From: a virus
Virus genome (UHGV): UHGV-0139758
Strand: one strand, 5' to 3'
DNA: 38,533 nt
The translations under genes and the position numbers were made by a program. This document shows, piece by piece, positions 16,328 to 24,943 of this stretch (positions are counted from its first letter, which is position 1; every line of letters starts with the position of its first letter). Below the pieces are notes generated by a model. That model saw only the letters and a program-made list of their open reading frames with translations. It made no database searches and was not told where the DNA came from.

Positions 16328-16397
16328 AAGTTTGCAAGGGATATATTTGGCGATTGCTAGCATATGCAAAAAAAGACAGACAGAAAGGAAGATTTAT

Positions 16398-16661
16398 ATG
16401 TTATTGCAAATTGATAAGTTTAATAAAAAAGAATTAGAAGGTAAAGAAGCAGCGAAACTTTTAGTGGACTATATCGGAGGGGTTTCAGGGACTTCTTGTG
16501 ATAGTAATGCAGTTAAAGTTTTTAACATGAGTAACCCGATTATCATTACATTTGGTAAGGAGCAAACAACTGCAATTAACCTGCCATATTACGAAGATTT
16601 TAAAATTGTTGCAGTATGGCTCTTAAATGATGAAGGTAAAACACTTCGTAAATTAATATAA
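16398..16661 (+). CDS. Hypothetical protein (87 aa)
   Basis: ATG at 16398 with a GAAAGGAAG RBS (MLLQIDKFNKKELEG...). The longer upstream extension in the track has no RBS. Confidence 0.5.
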   Translation: MLLQIDKFNKKELEGKEAAKLLVDYIGGVSGTSCDSNAVKVFNMSNPIIITFGKEQTTAINLPYYEDFKIVAVWLLNDEGKTLRKLI

Positions 16662-16696
16662 AATAAGCAGTCCGTTAAAAGACTGCTTATAAATAA

Positions 16697-16834
16697 TTAT
16701 TTTCTATACTTTGTATTATCACATCTAGGACATGGCGGCAGTGTATCTGTTTTGTCATCTAATACAACTTGCTGACCGCAATTAGTACAAGTATAGGTGC
16801 CTTTGCCTGGCTTTTCACCTGTAGAATAAGTCAT
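16697..16834 (-). CDS. Zinc-ribbon mini-protein (45 aa; CxxC...CxxC, FmdB-like)
   Basis: Not in the ORF track. Translation: MTYSTGEKPGKGTYTCTNCGQQVVLDDKTDTLPPCPRCDNTKYRK. Strong GGAGGTG RBS at a 6-nt spacer. It lies on the same strand as, and downstream of, the small-RNA array. Confidence 0.6.
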   Translation of the reverse strand: MTYSTGEKPGKGTYTCTNCGQQVVLDDKTDTLPPCPRCDNTKYRK

Positions 16835-16900
16835 GTTATCACCTCCTTACTTGAAGTATACACCTTAGAATATAATTAACAATAGGAAGTGACATTTTGA

Positions 16901-16973
16901 TGGAATATAGCTCAGTTGGTAGAGCATACGACTGTTAATCGTAGGATCATGAGTTCGAGTCTCGTTATTCCAG
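16901..16973 (+). tRNA. tRNA-Asn (anticodon GTT), phage-encoded
   Basis: Cloverleaf read by eye. Acceptor TGGAATA/TATTCCA (7 bp). D-arm GCTC-AGTTGGTA-GAGC. Anticodon stem TACGA/TCGTA with loop CTGTTAA (U33, GTT, A37). Variable loop GGATC. T-arm ATGAG-TTCGAGT-CTCGT. Discriminator G, no encoded CCA. Confidence 0.8.
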
Positions 16974-17069
16974 TAAGTAGCTATGCTACTTAAATAAAAA
17001 AATCGTCAATAAGTCAAATGTAACTACCTTTACGATCAGATGACGGTTAAGATTTTCCTTCCTATCTAA

Positions 17070-17100
17070 GGCTGCACTTTCACCGTGCAGTCTTTTTTTA
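17070..17100 (+). terminator. Intrinsic terminator downstream of tRNA-Asn
   Basis: CTGCAC-tttcacc-GTGCAG stem followed by TCTTTTTTTA. Confidence 0.7.
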
Positions 17101-17103
17101 TAC

Positions 17104-17215
17104 GTAAAAAAACCACTAGACTATGGAATCTAGTGGATAGGTAGCAGACTATATTACAAAAAGATGGGTTTTCTAGGTGTAAATAACTGTTTCAGCATTT
17201 AAGGAGTTGCTACCC
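17104..17215 (-). ncRNA. Small RNA gene A of a four-copy tandem array (~110 nt)
   Basis: Minus-strand extended -10 TGCTATAAT (reverse complement of 17222-17230). The 5' region is GGGUAGCAACUCCUU. The 3' end is UGCUACCUAU plus the terminator CCACUAGA-uuccauag-UCUAGUGG plus U7 (plus-strand hairpin 17113-17136, A-run 17106-17112). The GGUAGCA/UGCUACC terminal helix is at plus 17208-17214 and 17140-17146. Confidence 0.55.
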
Positions 17216-17328
17216 AAAAGCATTATAGCAAATTAATAGTGATAGACATTATCCAATTTATGTAAGAAATGACATATTTAGTACATAAAATTAATTAAGA
17301 ATGTCTCTTTTAGTATGTAAAAAACCGC

Positions 17329-17425
17329 TAATATCGGAAAATTAGCGGATAGGCAGTTATAGTAAGACTTGTTGATAGAATTTTAAATCGCAAAATCTAA
17401 ATTCATCAAGAAGGAATTCCTGCCT
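17329..17425 (-). ncRNA. Small RNA gene B of the array (diverged copy)
   Basis: Minus-strand -10 TGTTAGAAT (reverse complement of 17432-17440). 5' region CAGGCAGGAAUUCCUUC. The 3' end is CUGCCUAU plus CCGCUAAU-uuuccgau-AUUAGCGG plus U6. The terminal helix has covaried to AGGCAG/CUGCCU (plus 17420-17424 and 17363-17367). Confidence 0.5.
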
Positions 17426-17540
17426 GTAAAAATTCTAACAAATATTAAAAAAATTGTAAAACATTTATGTGTTTGTTTTTTTTACATTAATTGCAATCGA
17501 GCTTCAGATGATGAGTTAGTAACTATGTTTACTGAACAAC

Positions 17541-17640
17541 AAAAAAACCACCAGTGAAATTAATCATGGGTGGTTAGGTAGCTAGTACGATATGAGGAAT
17601 TTCATGTGCAAGAAATTTTCTAAGGTATGTCGCTACCCGT
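17541..17640 (-). ncRNA. Small RNA gene C of the array
   Basis: Minus-strand -35 AAGACA, 17 nt, extended -10 TGCTATAAT (reverse complement of 17647-17655). 5' region GGGUAGCGACAUACCUUAG. The 3' end is GCUACCUAA plus CCACCCA...UGGUGG plus U7. The terminal helix GGUAGC/GCUACC is at plus 17632-17637 and 17577-17582. Confidence 0.55.
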
Positions 17641-17688
17641 AAATAAATTATAGCAAATCATTCATTAATTGTCTTGTCTGATGCATAT

Positions 17689-17797
17689 AAAAACCGCTAG
17701 TGGTGACATACTAGCGGTTAGGTAGCAAATTATGTGTCTTTTCATTGAATTATGAATTACATAAGGTGTTGATTAAAAATAAAAGGAGTTGCTACCT
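17689..17797 (-). ncRNA. Small RNA gene D of the array
   Basis: Minus-strand extended -10 TGTTATAAT (reverse complement of 17804-17812). 5' region UUAGGUAGCAACUCCUUUUAUUU. The 3' end is UGCUACCUAA plus CCGCUAGU-augucacc-ACUAGCGG plus U5. The 10-bp terminal helix UUAGGUAGCA/UGCUACCUAA is at plus 17790-17796 and 17721-17727. Confidence 0.55.
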
Positions 17798-17877
17798 AAT
17801 AAAATTATAACAAATAAGAATGAAGAATAAAAGAGATTGCCTTGATGGCTTCTTTTTTTGTTTGGAGGGAATGAAGG

Positions 17878-18102
17878 ATGGATAATTATTGGTACATATC
17901 TCTGAACCACCATTATCCGAAACCCATGAAAAACCAACATAAACGGGTAGTAATGTCGGTGCAGATTAAGAAAGACTATTCCATCATTGAGATGACACGA
18001 GAAGCTACACCACAAGAAATTGACTATTGCAAGTTGCTATATTGCGGTCATGGGTGTTGGAATGACAAGCATGTACAAGAGAATATAAGTAAATACAGAT
18101 GA
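17878..18102 (+). CDS. Small hypothetical protein (74 aa) immediately upstream of terS
   Basis: GGAGGGAATGAAGG RBS. His/Cys-containing sequence (HHYPKPMKNQHKR ... CKLLYCGHGCW). It is not a canonical HNH. Confidence 0.5.
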   Translation: MDNYWYISLNHHYPKPMKNQHKRVVMSVQIKKDYSIIEMTREATPQEIDYCKLLYCGHGCWNDKHVQENISKYR

Positions 18103-18142
18103 ATTACAAAACGAACACAGATGGCGAGGTGGTGTAAAATGT

Positions 18143-18907
18143 ATGTCTAGAGCTAGAAATCCAAATAGAGAAAAGGCAAAACATCTTTGGTTAGAATCTG
18201 AAGGAACAAAGAAATTAAAAGATATCGCAATTGAATTAGGTGTTACAGATTCCACTATTAGAAAATGGAAATCTCAAGATAAGTGGGACACTACAATGAA
18301 ACGGAGCGCTCCGATTGAAACGGAACGTTACGATACGCTTAAAGGCAATAAAAATGCCCAAGGGAATAAAGGCGGTTCGCCCCCTAAGGGGAATAAGAAC
18401 GCAGTTAAACACGGAATTTTTGCTAAGTGGATGCCGGAAGAGACAATAGAAATAATGGAGACCGTTTCCCAATCAGAACCGGCAGATATTCTTTGGAATA
18501 ACATTATGATTCAATATACAGCCATTATCCGATCACAACAGATTATGTACGTCAATGATGTCGGAGATATCTCAAAAGAGGAGTCGGGTTGGTCATCTGG
18601 CGAAAGTGGAAGCAGTTCTACTATGCAAGTTCAATACGCGTGGGATAAACAAGCGAACTTTTTAGCCGCCCAATCTCGAGCAATGGGAACACTATCAAAT
18701 TTAATTAAACAATTTGTAGCTATCGCAGACGAAGCCGATGAACGAAGAGCAAAATTAAGCTTGATAACTGCGAAGATGGAAAAAACACAAGCAGAAGCGA
18801 AAATACTTACGAATCAGGCCGATAAGTTAACTGCTGGAGGCAAAGCGAACGAATTGTTAGAAGCTTTGCTCAACGTTAAATCACGAGGTGTGAACAATGA
18901 CAATTAA
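18143..18907 (+). CDS. terS: Terminase small subunit
   Basis: N-terminal HTH: KKLKDIAIELGVTDSTIRKWKSQDKWD. It precedes and overlaps terL. Confidence 0.8.
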   Translation: MSRARNPNREKAKHLWLESEGTKKLKDIAIELGVTDSTIRKWKSQDKWDTTMKRSAPIETERYDTLKGNKNAQGNKGGSPPKGNKNAVKHGIFAKWMPEETIEIMETVSQSEPADILWNNIMIQYTAIIRSQQIMYVNDVGDISKEESGWSSGESGSSSTMQVQYAWDKQANFLAAQSRAMGTLSNLIKQFVAIADEADERRAKLSLITAKMEKTQAEAKILTNQADKLTAGGKANELLEALLNVKSRGVNNDN

Positions 18908-20186
18908 TTTTAGTGATAAGCAAGCAGCGAATATTAATTTCAACACAAGCAAAGTGACCTTTGAATTAAACGAAGGTACTCCTCGTAGCGGAAAAACCAC
19001 CAGTGATATATTTAAAATGGCAGACTTCTATTTACGCTCACCAGACCAGAACCATCTTGTGACTGCTTATAATCAAGAACAAGCTTTCCGAATGTTTATG
19101 GACGGTGACGGTTTAGGCTTAATGCATATCTTTGATGGTGTTTCAGATATTCGACATGATGAGCATGGGGACCATTTGCTTTTATATGCACCTAACGGAG
19201 AAAAAAAGATTTATTACAAAGGCGGCGGCAAAATCAATTCGGTTGGTGCTATTACGGGTATGTCGTTAGGCTCAGTTACTTTCTTAGAATTTAACTTGCT
19301 GCATAAAGATTTCATTAATGAGTGCTTTAGACGTACTTTTGCTGCAGAATGGCGCTATCATTTAGGCGAACAGAATCCGCCAGCACCGAATCACCCTAAT
19401 TTAGAATTGTTAGAACGTTTTGAGAAATCAGGACGTTTTTTATTTCGTCATTGGACACCAGATGATAATCCAATCTTAAGTGAATCAAGAAAGCAGCAGT
19501 TATACGATGAGTTATCAAGTAGCGAATATCTTTTAGAACGTGACTGGTATGGTCATAGAGTGCTACCACAAGGTGTTATTTACTCGATGTTCGGTAAGAA
19601 CAACAAGGCAACCGAAATAAAAGGAAACATCATTGAAACGTTTTTTACTGCTGATGGTGGCCAAGCTGATGCAACTACCTGTGCATTTTGGGTTGTCACC
19701 TTCTATGCTGGGAAATTTTATCTGTATCGTTTAGCAAACTACTATCATAGCGGAACGGATACGGGAGAAACAAAAGCGATGTCAATTTATGCAAAAGAGA
19801 TTAAACAGTTTGTTGAGTGGTGTTATACAAAATGGAACCATTTGCCACACTGGAATTATTTCTTTGTCGATCCTGCCTGTAAAACGTTACGTTCTGAGCT
19901 TGACTTAATAGGGATTATTACAGATAAAGCTGATAACAATAGCTCCGATAAAGTTTCAAGTAATGGTTTAAAGATAGAGGTTGGAATAGAACGACTACAA
20001 AACACCATGATAAGTGGCCAATTTATAGTTTTAGAATGTGGAGAAGAATTTGACCACTATAATTTTGAAAAAGAAATCTCTATGTATGTGAGAAATGATA
20101 ATGGATTGCCCGTAGATAAATATAATCATGCACTTGATGAAGCAAGGTATGGTAATAATTACTTTTATAAAACCTATATCGCCTAG
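18897..20186 (+). CDS. terL: Terminase large subunit (ATPase/nuclease)
   Basis: Walker A GTPRSGKTT. The C-terminal nuclease domain has the acidic residues VDPAC and HALDEARY. 429 aa. Confidence 0.9.
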   Translation: MTINFSDKQAANINFNTSKVTFELNEGTPRSGKTTSDIFKMADFYLRSPDQNHLVTAYNQEQAFRMFMDGDGLGLMHIFDGVSDIRHDEHGDHLLLYAPNGEKKIYYKGGGKINSVGAITGMSLGSVTFLEFNLLHKDFINECFRRTFAAEWRYHLGEQNPPAPNHPNLELLERFEKSGRFLFRHWTPDDNPILSESRKQQLYDELSSSEYLLERDWYGHRVLPQGVIYSMFGKNNKATEIKGNIIETFFTADGGQADATTCAFWVVTFYAGKFYLYRLANYYHSGTDTGETKAMSIYAKEIKQFVEWCYTKWNHLPHWNYFFVDPACKTLRSELDLIGIITDKADNNSSDKVSSNGLKIEVGIERLQNTMISGQFIVLECGEEFDHYNFEKEISMYVRNDNGLPVDKYNHALDEARYGNNYFYKTYIA

Positions 20187-20201
20187 AAAAGAGGTGTTTA
20201 C

Positions 20202-21701
20202 ATGTTTGACAAATTAAAAGCGATGTTCAGGATTGGAGGTGCAAAAATAGGTATGGTAGAAACACTTAATAGAATTACAGATCATCCAAAAATCGGAGTA
20301 AATACTGCTGAAATCGATAGAATAATAGACAACAAACGCATATATAAAAATAAGTTTCCTGATGTGAGCTACGTTAATAGTGATGGTATGCGTATGCACA
20401 GGGCTTTTCATTCATTAAATGTATCAAAAGTAGTTTCTCGCAAATTAGCTAAGCTAGTCTTTAATGACGGGTGTGCGATAAGCATTGATAATGATGAAGC
20501 GGACCAGTTTTTACAATCAGTTTTTAACGATAATAAGTTTCGTAAGAACTTTGGTGAAGAGCTGGAAGCAGGATATGCAATAGGAGGGCTTGTCCTACGT
20601 CCCTATGTAGATACAAAGACAAACAAAATAAAAATATCCTTTTGCCGAGCTGATACTTTTTACCCTTTACAGTCCAACACTAATGATATATCTGAAGCAG
20701 CTATTGCTACGATTACACAACAGAATGAAGGTAAGAAAAATGTTTATTACACACTTTTAGAATTTCATGAGTGGGAAAATAGCACTTACTATATCAGAAA
20801 CGAATTGTATCGTTCAGAAGAACAATCTCAAACAGGTGTTAGGGTACCATTACCGACATTAGACAAGTACAAGGAACTAAAAGAGGAGACTGCTTTAGTC
20901 GGATTTACTCGACCATTATTTGTCTATATAAAACTAGCTGGAAAAAACAACATAGATATCGATAGTCCATTGAGTTTAGGTATTATTGACAACGCGAAGC
21001 GCCAATTGATTGATATTAACGAAAAATACGATGAATTTATGAATGAAGTTGAAGAAGCGAGAAGAAAAATATTAGCTTCAGATCATTTCTTCAAAGTTAG
21101 ATATGATGAAAAAGGGAATCCTATAAAACGATTTGACAGTAAGACATCTGTATATCAACGGTTGAAATCAGACGATCCTTTTATTAGTGAATTTGTTCCT
21201 ACGTTACGGTCACAGGAATTTATTGAGACAATCAATTTTATTTTACGAATTGTTGAATTACAAACCGGTTTTTCAAGTGGAACATTTAGCTTTGATGGAC
21301 AATCAGTCAAAACAGCTACGGAAATCATCAGCGAAAATTCTGAGACTTTTTCTACCCGTTCAGATAATGTCTTAATTGTGGAAGAAGCATTAAAAGAATT
21401 AATTACAACTATATTCGAATTGGCCGCAGCATTTAATCTATTCAAATATTCAAAAGAACTAGGCATTAATATAGATTTTGATGACGGTGTTTTTCAATCT
21501 CAAGATGCCAAAGCTGATTATTACTCTAAATTAGTTACAGCTGGTCTTTCATCAAAACTAAGCGCTATTCAGAAATTAACGGGTGTGACTGAAAAAGAGG
21601 CCAAAAAAATAGTTTACGAGATTAGAGCAGAAACGTTAGAAATGGACTACCCAGAACAAGAAAGAATATCGGCGGAAAATGAACTAGGAGATGAGGAATA
21701 A
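20202..21701 (+). CDS. Portal protein (SPP1 gp6-like)
   Basis: 499 aa, directly after terL. Acidic C-terminus. Confidence 0.8.
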   Translation: MFDKLKAMFRIGGAKIGMVETLNRITDHPKIGVNTAEIDRIIDNKRIYKNKFPDVSYVNSDGMRMHRAFHSLNVSKVVSRKLAKLVFNDGCAISIDNDEADQFLQSVFNDNKFRKNFGEELEAGYAIGGLVLRPYVDTKTNKIKISFCRADTFYPLQSNTNDISEAAIATITQQNEGKKNVYYTLLEFHEWENSTYYIRNELYRSEEQSQTGVRVPLPTLDKYKELKEETALVGFTRPLFVYIKLAGKNNIDIDSPLSLGIIDNAKRQLIDINEKYDEFMNEVEEARRKILASDHFFKVRYDEKGNPIKRFDSKTSVYQRLKSDDPFISEFVPTLRSQEFIETINFILRIVELQTGFSSGTFSFDGQSVKTATEIISENSETFSTRSDNVLIVEEALKELITTIFELAAAFNLFKYSKELGINIDFDDGVFQSQDAKADYYSKLVTAGLSSKLSAIQKLTGVTEKEAKKIVYEIRAETLEMDYPEQERISAENELGDEE

Positions 21702-22858
21702 TGATTACACCTCATCAATTAGATTTATGGTCCTCTAATATGTCACACCTCTACCAATCGTTAGAGGGCGAATTAATACGAATCATCGCTAAGCGTTTAA
21801 AAAACGGTAACGAGAATATTTTAGATTGGCAAAGAGAAAAGCTTCAAGAGTTACATTTGTTTAACAAAGAAACCGCAAAAGTCATTTCTCAAGTAACAGG
21901 AATTGCTGAATCTGAAATAGAGCGAATGTTTGAAAGTACCGGGCAAAAAATTGTAAAAGATATTGATAAAGAATTACCTTATGATCCAAAGCCTATGCCA
22001 ACAGATTTAGACAATATTATGAAAGCCTATCACGACCAAGTGTGGTCTGATATTAACAACTATGTAAATCAAACGTTGTTATCCACTAACTTCGGTTATG
22101 GAACAGCCACCAGCCAAATGTACAATGAAATCATTAATAAGACAGTCGCTACATTTAACAGCGGGTTATTTACATTTGACGAAGCGTTAGAACGTACTAT
22201 ACAAAGTTGGGCACAGAAAGGGATTAAGTCAACATTTGTAGATAAAGGCGGTCATACGTGGAGCTTGGAACGTTACGTTCGAACCGTTTTAAAGTCTACA
22301 TTAGGTAACACCTATGATAAGTTACGAAAAGACCGTATGAGCGAGTATGACGTTCACACGGTACTGGTCACTAGCCATATGGGGGCTAGAAAAGCTTGTT
22401 CTAAGATTCAAGGACACGTTGCCGATTTACGTGAATCTGTTTCAAGTAATGAAAAGTATAAGAGTATTTACGACCCTTATTGGGGCGCAGAATATGGAAC
22501 TGCTGGCGGGCATAGAGGGATTAACTGCAATCATTTACACATTCCTTTTATCCCTGGTATCAATACAAATAATCAACCTAAAATTGATGCAAAGGAAAAT
22601 GAAAAAGTTGCTGAATTGACGAAACGTCAACGGCAATTAGAGCGCCAAGTAGTCAAATTTAAAAAGAATCAAATGGTTTCCGAAGCATTAGATCATACTG
22701 ACAATGCCAAGCAATGGAAACAGAAAGTAAGAGCAAACCAAGCGAAACTACGAGAACTAGTAGATTCTAATGAGTATTTAGGCAGAAATTATGCCCGTGA
22801 AAAAGTTTACACCCCAGTTAATACGTTGCTAAAAGATTTTCGTTACGACGATTTTTAG
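21701..22858 (+). CDS. Head morphogenesis / minor capsid protein (SPP1 gp7 / Mu F-like)
   Basis: 385 aa, ATGA-coupled to the portal gene. This is the usual position and size of the F-like head protein. Confidence 0.7.
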   Translation: MITPHQLDLWSSNMSHLYQSLEGELIRIIAKRLKNGNENILDWQREKLQELHLFNKETAKVISQVTGIAESEIERMFESTGQKIVKDIDKELPYDPKPMPTDLDNIMKAYHDQVWSDINNYVNQTLLSTNFGYGTATSQMYNEIINKTVATFNSGLFTFDEALERTIQSWAQKGIKSTFVDKGGHTWSLERYVRTVLKSTLGNTYDKLRKDRMSEYDVHTVLVTSHMGARKACSKIQGHVADLRESVSSNEKYKSIYDPYWGAEYGTAGGHRGINCNHLHIPFIPGINTNNQPKIDAKENEKVAELTKRQRQLERQVVKFKKNQMVSEALDHTDNAKQWKQKVRANQAKLRELVDSNEYLGRNYAREKVYTPVNTLLKDFRYDDF

Positions 22859-22876
22859 AGAATGGAGAGAAATACA

Positions 22877-23200
22877 ATGAAAATACCAACTAAAATAAAA
22901 GTAGGAGCCATAAACTATCAAGTTGAGTTAGTTTCATATCTTCCAACTGAAGACGGAGGCCAAAAGTGGGGCGAATGCGACTATCAAACGTCTGTGATTA
23001 AAATATGGGATAAATTGTCTGTTGAGAAACAAGAACAAACATTTATCCATGAATTAACGCATGCTATAGCTCATGAGGCTGGTATAGACAATCAAGACGA
23101 AGATATCGTGAATCGATTTGCTTTAGTTGCTTATATGGTTATTCGTGATTTTCCGTTAATTGAAACAGTAACAGACGAAGTGGGATTTTATGATTTATAA
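22877..23200 (+). CDS. Small HExxH-motif protein (putative zinc metallopeptidase-like), ~107 aa
   Basis: FIHELTHAIAHEAG carries HExxH plus a downstream His/Glu. The ATG at 22877 has a GGAGAGA RBS; the track's start at 22862 gives 112 aa. Confidence 0.5.
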   Translation: MKIPTKIKVGAINYQVELVSYLPTEDGGQKWGECDYQTSVIKIWDKLSVEKQEQTFIHELTHAIAHEAGIDNQDEDIVNRFALVAYMVIRDFPLIETVTDEVGFYDL

Positions 23201-23221
23201 AATAAAAAAAGAGGTGTTTCT

Positions 23222-23410
23222 ATGCTAATAAAATTTATCGCCATTGTGATTGGATTGCCAGTCATTGGTTTATCACTAGCAATCACTATCGCTTTTATTA
23301 GATATGGGTTTCGCGTGAATATGGAGACAAAGGAAGATCCTTACGATCGATTGGATGCCGATTACGAAGAATATTTAAAAAGAGAAGAAAACAGGTCTAA
23401 CTATCGTTAG
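23222..23410 (+). CDS. Small membrane protein (62 aa)
   Basis: One transmembrane segment (LIKFIAIVIGLPVIGLSLAITIAFI) with a charged C-terminus. GAGGTG RBS. Confidence 0.45.
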   Translation: MLIKFIAIVIGLPVIGLSLAITIAFIRYGFRVNMETKEDPYDRLDADYEEYLKREENRSNYR

Positions 23411-23505
23411 GCTTTTTATTTTATACCTAGACCTGCTCGGAAGTCTCAAAAAGACGGCTCACAGTGGGAGTTGCCACTCAAAAAACACTTAGGAGGAACA
23501 GATTT

Positions 23506-24060
23506 ATGAAAAAAGAGGATTTAATCGCATTAGGCATTGAGGAAGAAACAGCGAAGTCTATCATGGCTTTACATGGTAAGACGGTCACGCAACTAAATGC
23601 GCAAGTTGCTACTGCAGAGAGTGAACGTGACAGCGCTAAGCAAGAACTAGAAGCTAACCAAGAAGAATTGACGGCCTTAAAAGAATCAGCACAAGGAAAC
23701 GATGATTTAACGCAAAAATTAGCTGATTTACAAACAAAGTTTGATGAAGCGAAAAATAATTCTGAAAAACAGTTAGCTGAACAACAAAAAGATTTCGCAA
23801 TTAAATTAGCATTAAAAGAAGCGAATGCGCTTGATGAAGAAATCTTACTTGGTCAACTAGATAAAGACACTATTAAAGTTGTCGACGGTAATTTACAAGG
23901 TTTTGAAGAACAATTAAAGGGACTACAAGAAAATAAAGCCTTTTTGTTTCAAACTGATAAAGACCAAGCTTCAAAGCCGCAAATCGTTAACCCTGGAAAT
24001 CCTAAAAATGATAAAGGAAACACAGACGTGTTTGCAGCAGCAGTTGAAAAATATATTTAA
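23506..24060 (+). CDS. Head scaffolding protein
   Basis: ATG at 23506 with an AGGAGG RBS. Highly helical and charged, coiled-coil-like, and immediately upstream of the major capsid gene. Confidence 0.7.
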   Translation: MKKEDLIALGIEEETAKSIMALHGKTVTQLNAQVATAESERDSAKQELEANQEELTALKESAQGNDDLTQKLADLQTKFDEAKNNSEKQLAEQQKDFAIKLALKEANALDEEILLGQLDKDTIKVVDGNLQGFEEQLKGLQENKAFLFQTDKDQASKPQIVNPGNPKNDKGNTDVFAAAVEKYI

Positions 24061-24076
24061 GAAGGAGAAATAAATT

Positions 24077-24943
24077 ATGTCAATCAAATATTACACTAAA
24101 CAATATGCAGGTATTTTGCCAGAACTGTTTGCTAAAAAAGCAGTATTTTTACGTGCTTTCGGAGGTACTTTACAGACAAAAGACGGAGTCTCTCAAAACG
24201 ATACATTTCTAGATTTGAAAGTTACAGATACGGACGTTGTTATTCAAGCATATTCGACAGATGAAAATGTAGGATTTGGAACAGGGACAGGCAGCTCAAG
24301 CCGTTTTGGTAAACGTAAAGAAGTTAAATCAGTCAATAAACAAGTTAAATATGAAGCGCCACTTTCAATTCATGAAGGTGTCGATCAGTTTACTGTAAAT
24401 GATATTCCTGATCAAGTTGTAGCAGAGCGCTTAGCTTTGCATGCTGTTGCCTGGGCGCAACATGTGGATAACTTGTTAGGCAAAGCATTATCTGACAATG
24501 CAAGTGAAGAACTAACCACTACATTAGATGAAGCTGGTATTACAAAACTATTTTCTAATGCTCATAAGAAATTTGTTAATAACAATGTTTCTCAAAACGT
24601 TGCATGGGTTGCCTATGTTAATTCAGACGTTTACGACTTATTAATTGATTCAAAACTTGCAACAACTTCTAAAAATTCATCCGCTAATGTTGATGAACAA
24701 ACTTTATACAAATTTAAAGGGTTTGTTTTAGAAGAGTTACCAGATGAAAAATTTCAACCAAATGAGGTAGCAATTTTTTCAGCTGATAACGTAGGTGTAG
24801 CTGGCGTAGGTATTCAAGTAGCACGTGCTATGGATTCAGAAGATTTCGCAGGCACAGCGTTACAAGCGGCAGGTAAGTATGGCAAATATATCCCTGAAAA
24901 AAATGCTAAAGCGATTATTAAAGGTGTTGCCCCAAAAGTGTAG
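24077..24943 (+). CDS. Major capsid protein (0-frame product); a -1 frameshift variant would extend to 25011
   Basis: 288 aa, in the standard position after the scaffold gene. The slippery heptamer C_CCA_AAA lies at 24931-24937, two codons before the stop. Confidence 0.8.
   Translation: MSIKYYTKQYAGILPELFAKKAVFLRAFGGTLQTKDGVSQNDTFLDLKVTDTDVVIQAYSTDENVGFGTGTGSSSRFGKRKEVKSVNKQVKYEAPLSIHEGVDQFTVNDIPDQVVAERLALHAVAWAQHVDNLLGKALSDNASEELTTTLDEAGITKLFSNAHKKFVNNNVSQNVAWVAYVNSDVYDLLIDSKLATTSKNSSANVDEQTLYKFKGFVLEELPDEKFQPNEVAIFSADNVGVAGVGIQVARAMDSEDFAGTALQAAGKYGKYIPEKNAKAIIKGVAPKV

Noticed and set aside
17100-17835. CRISPR array or type III toxin-antitoxin (ToxI-like) repeat array as the explanation for the 17.1-17.8 kb repeats
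   Set aside because: The units are ~110-220 bp with divergent bodies. They are not short identical direct repeats separated by unique spacers. Each has its own promoter and terminator, and no cas or toxin gene follows. An independent-sRNA-gene model fits better.
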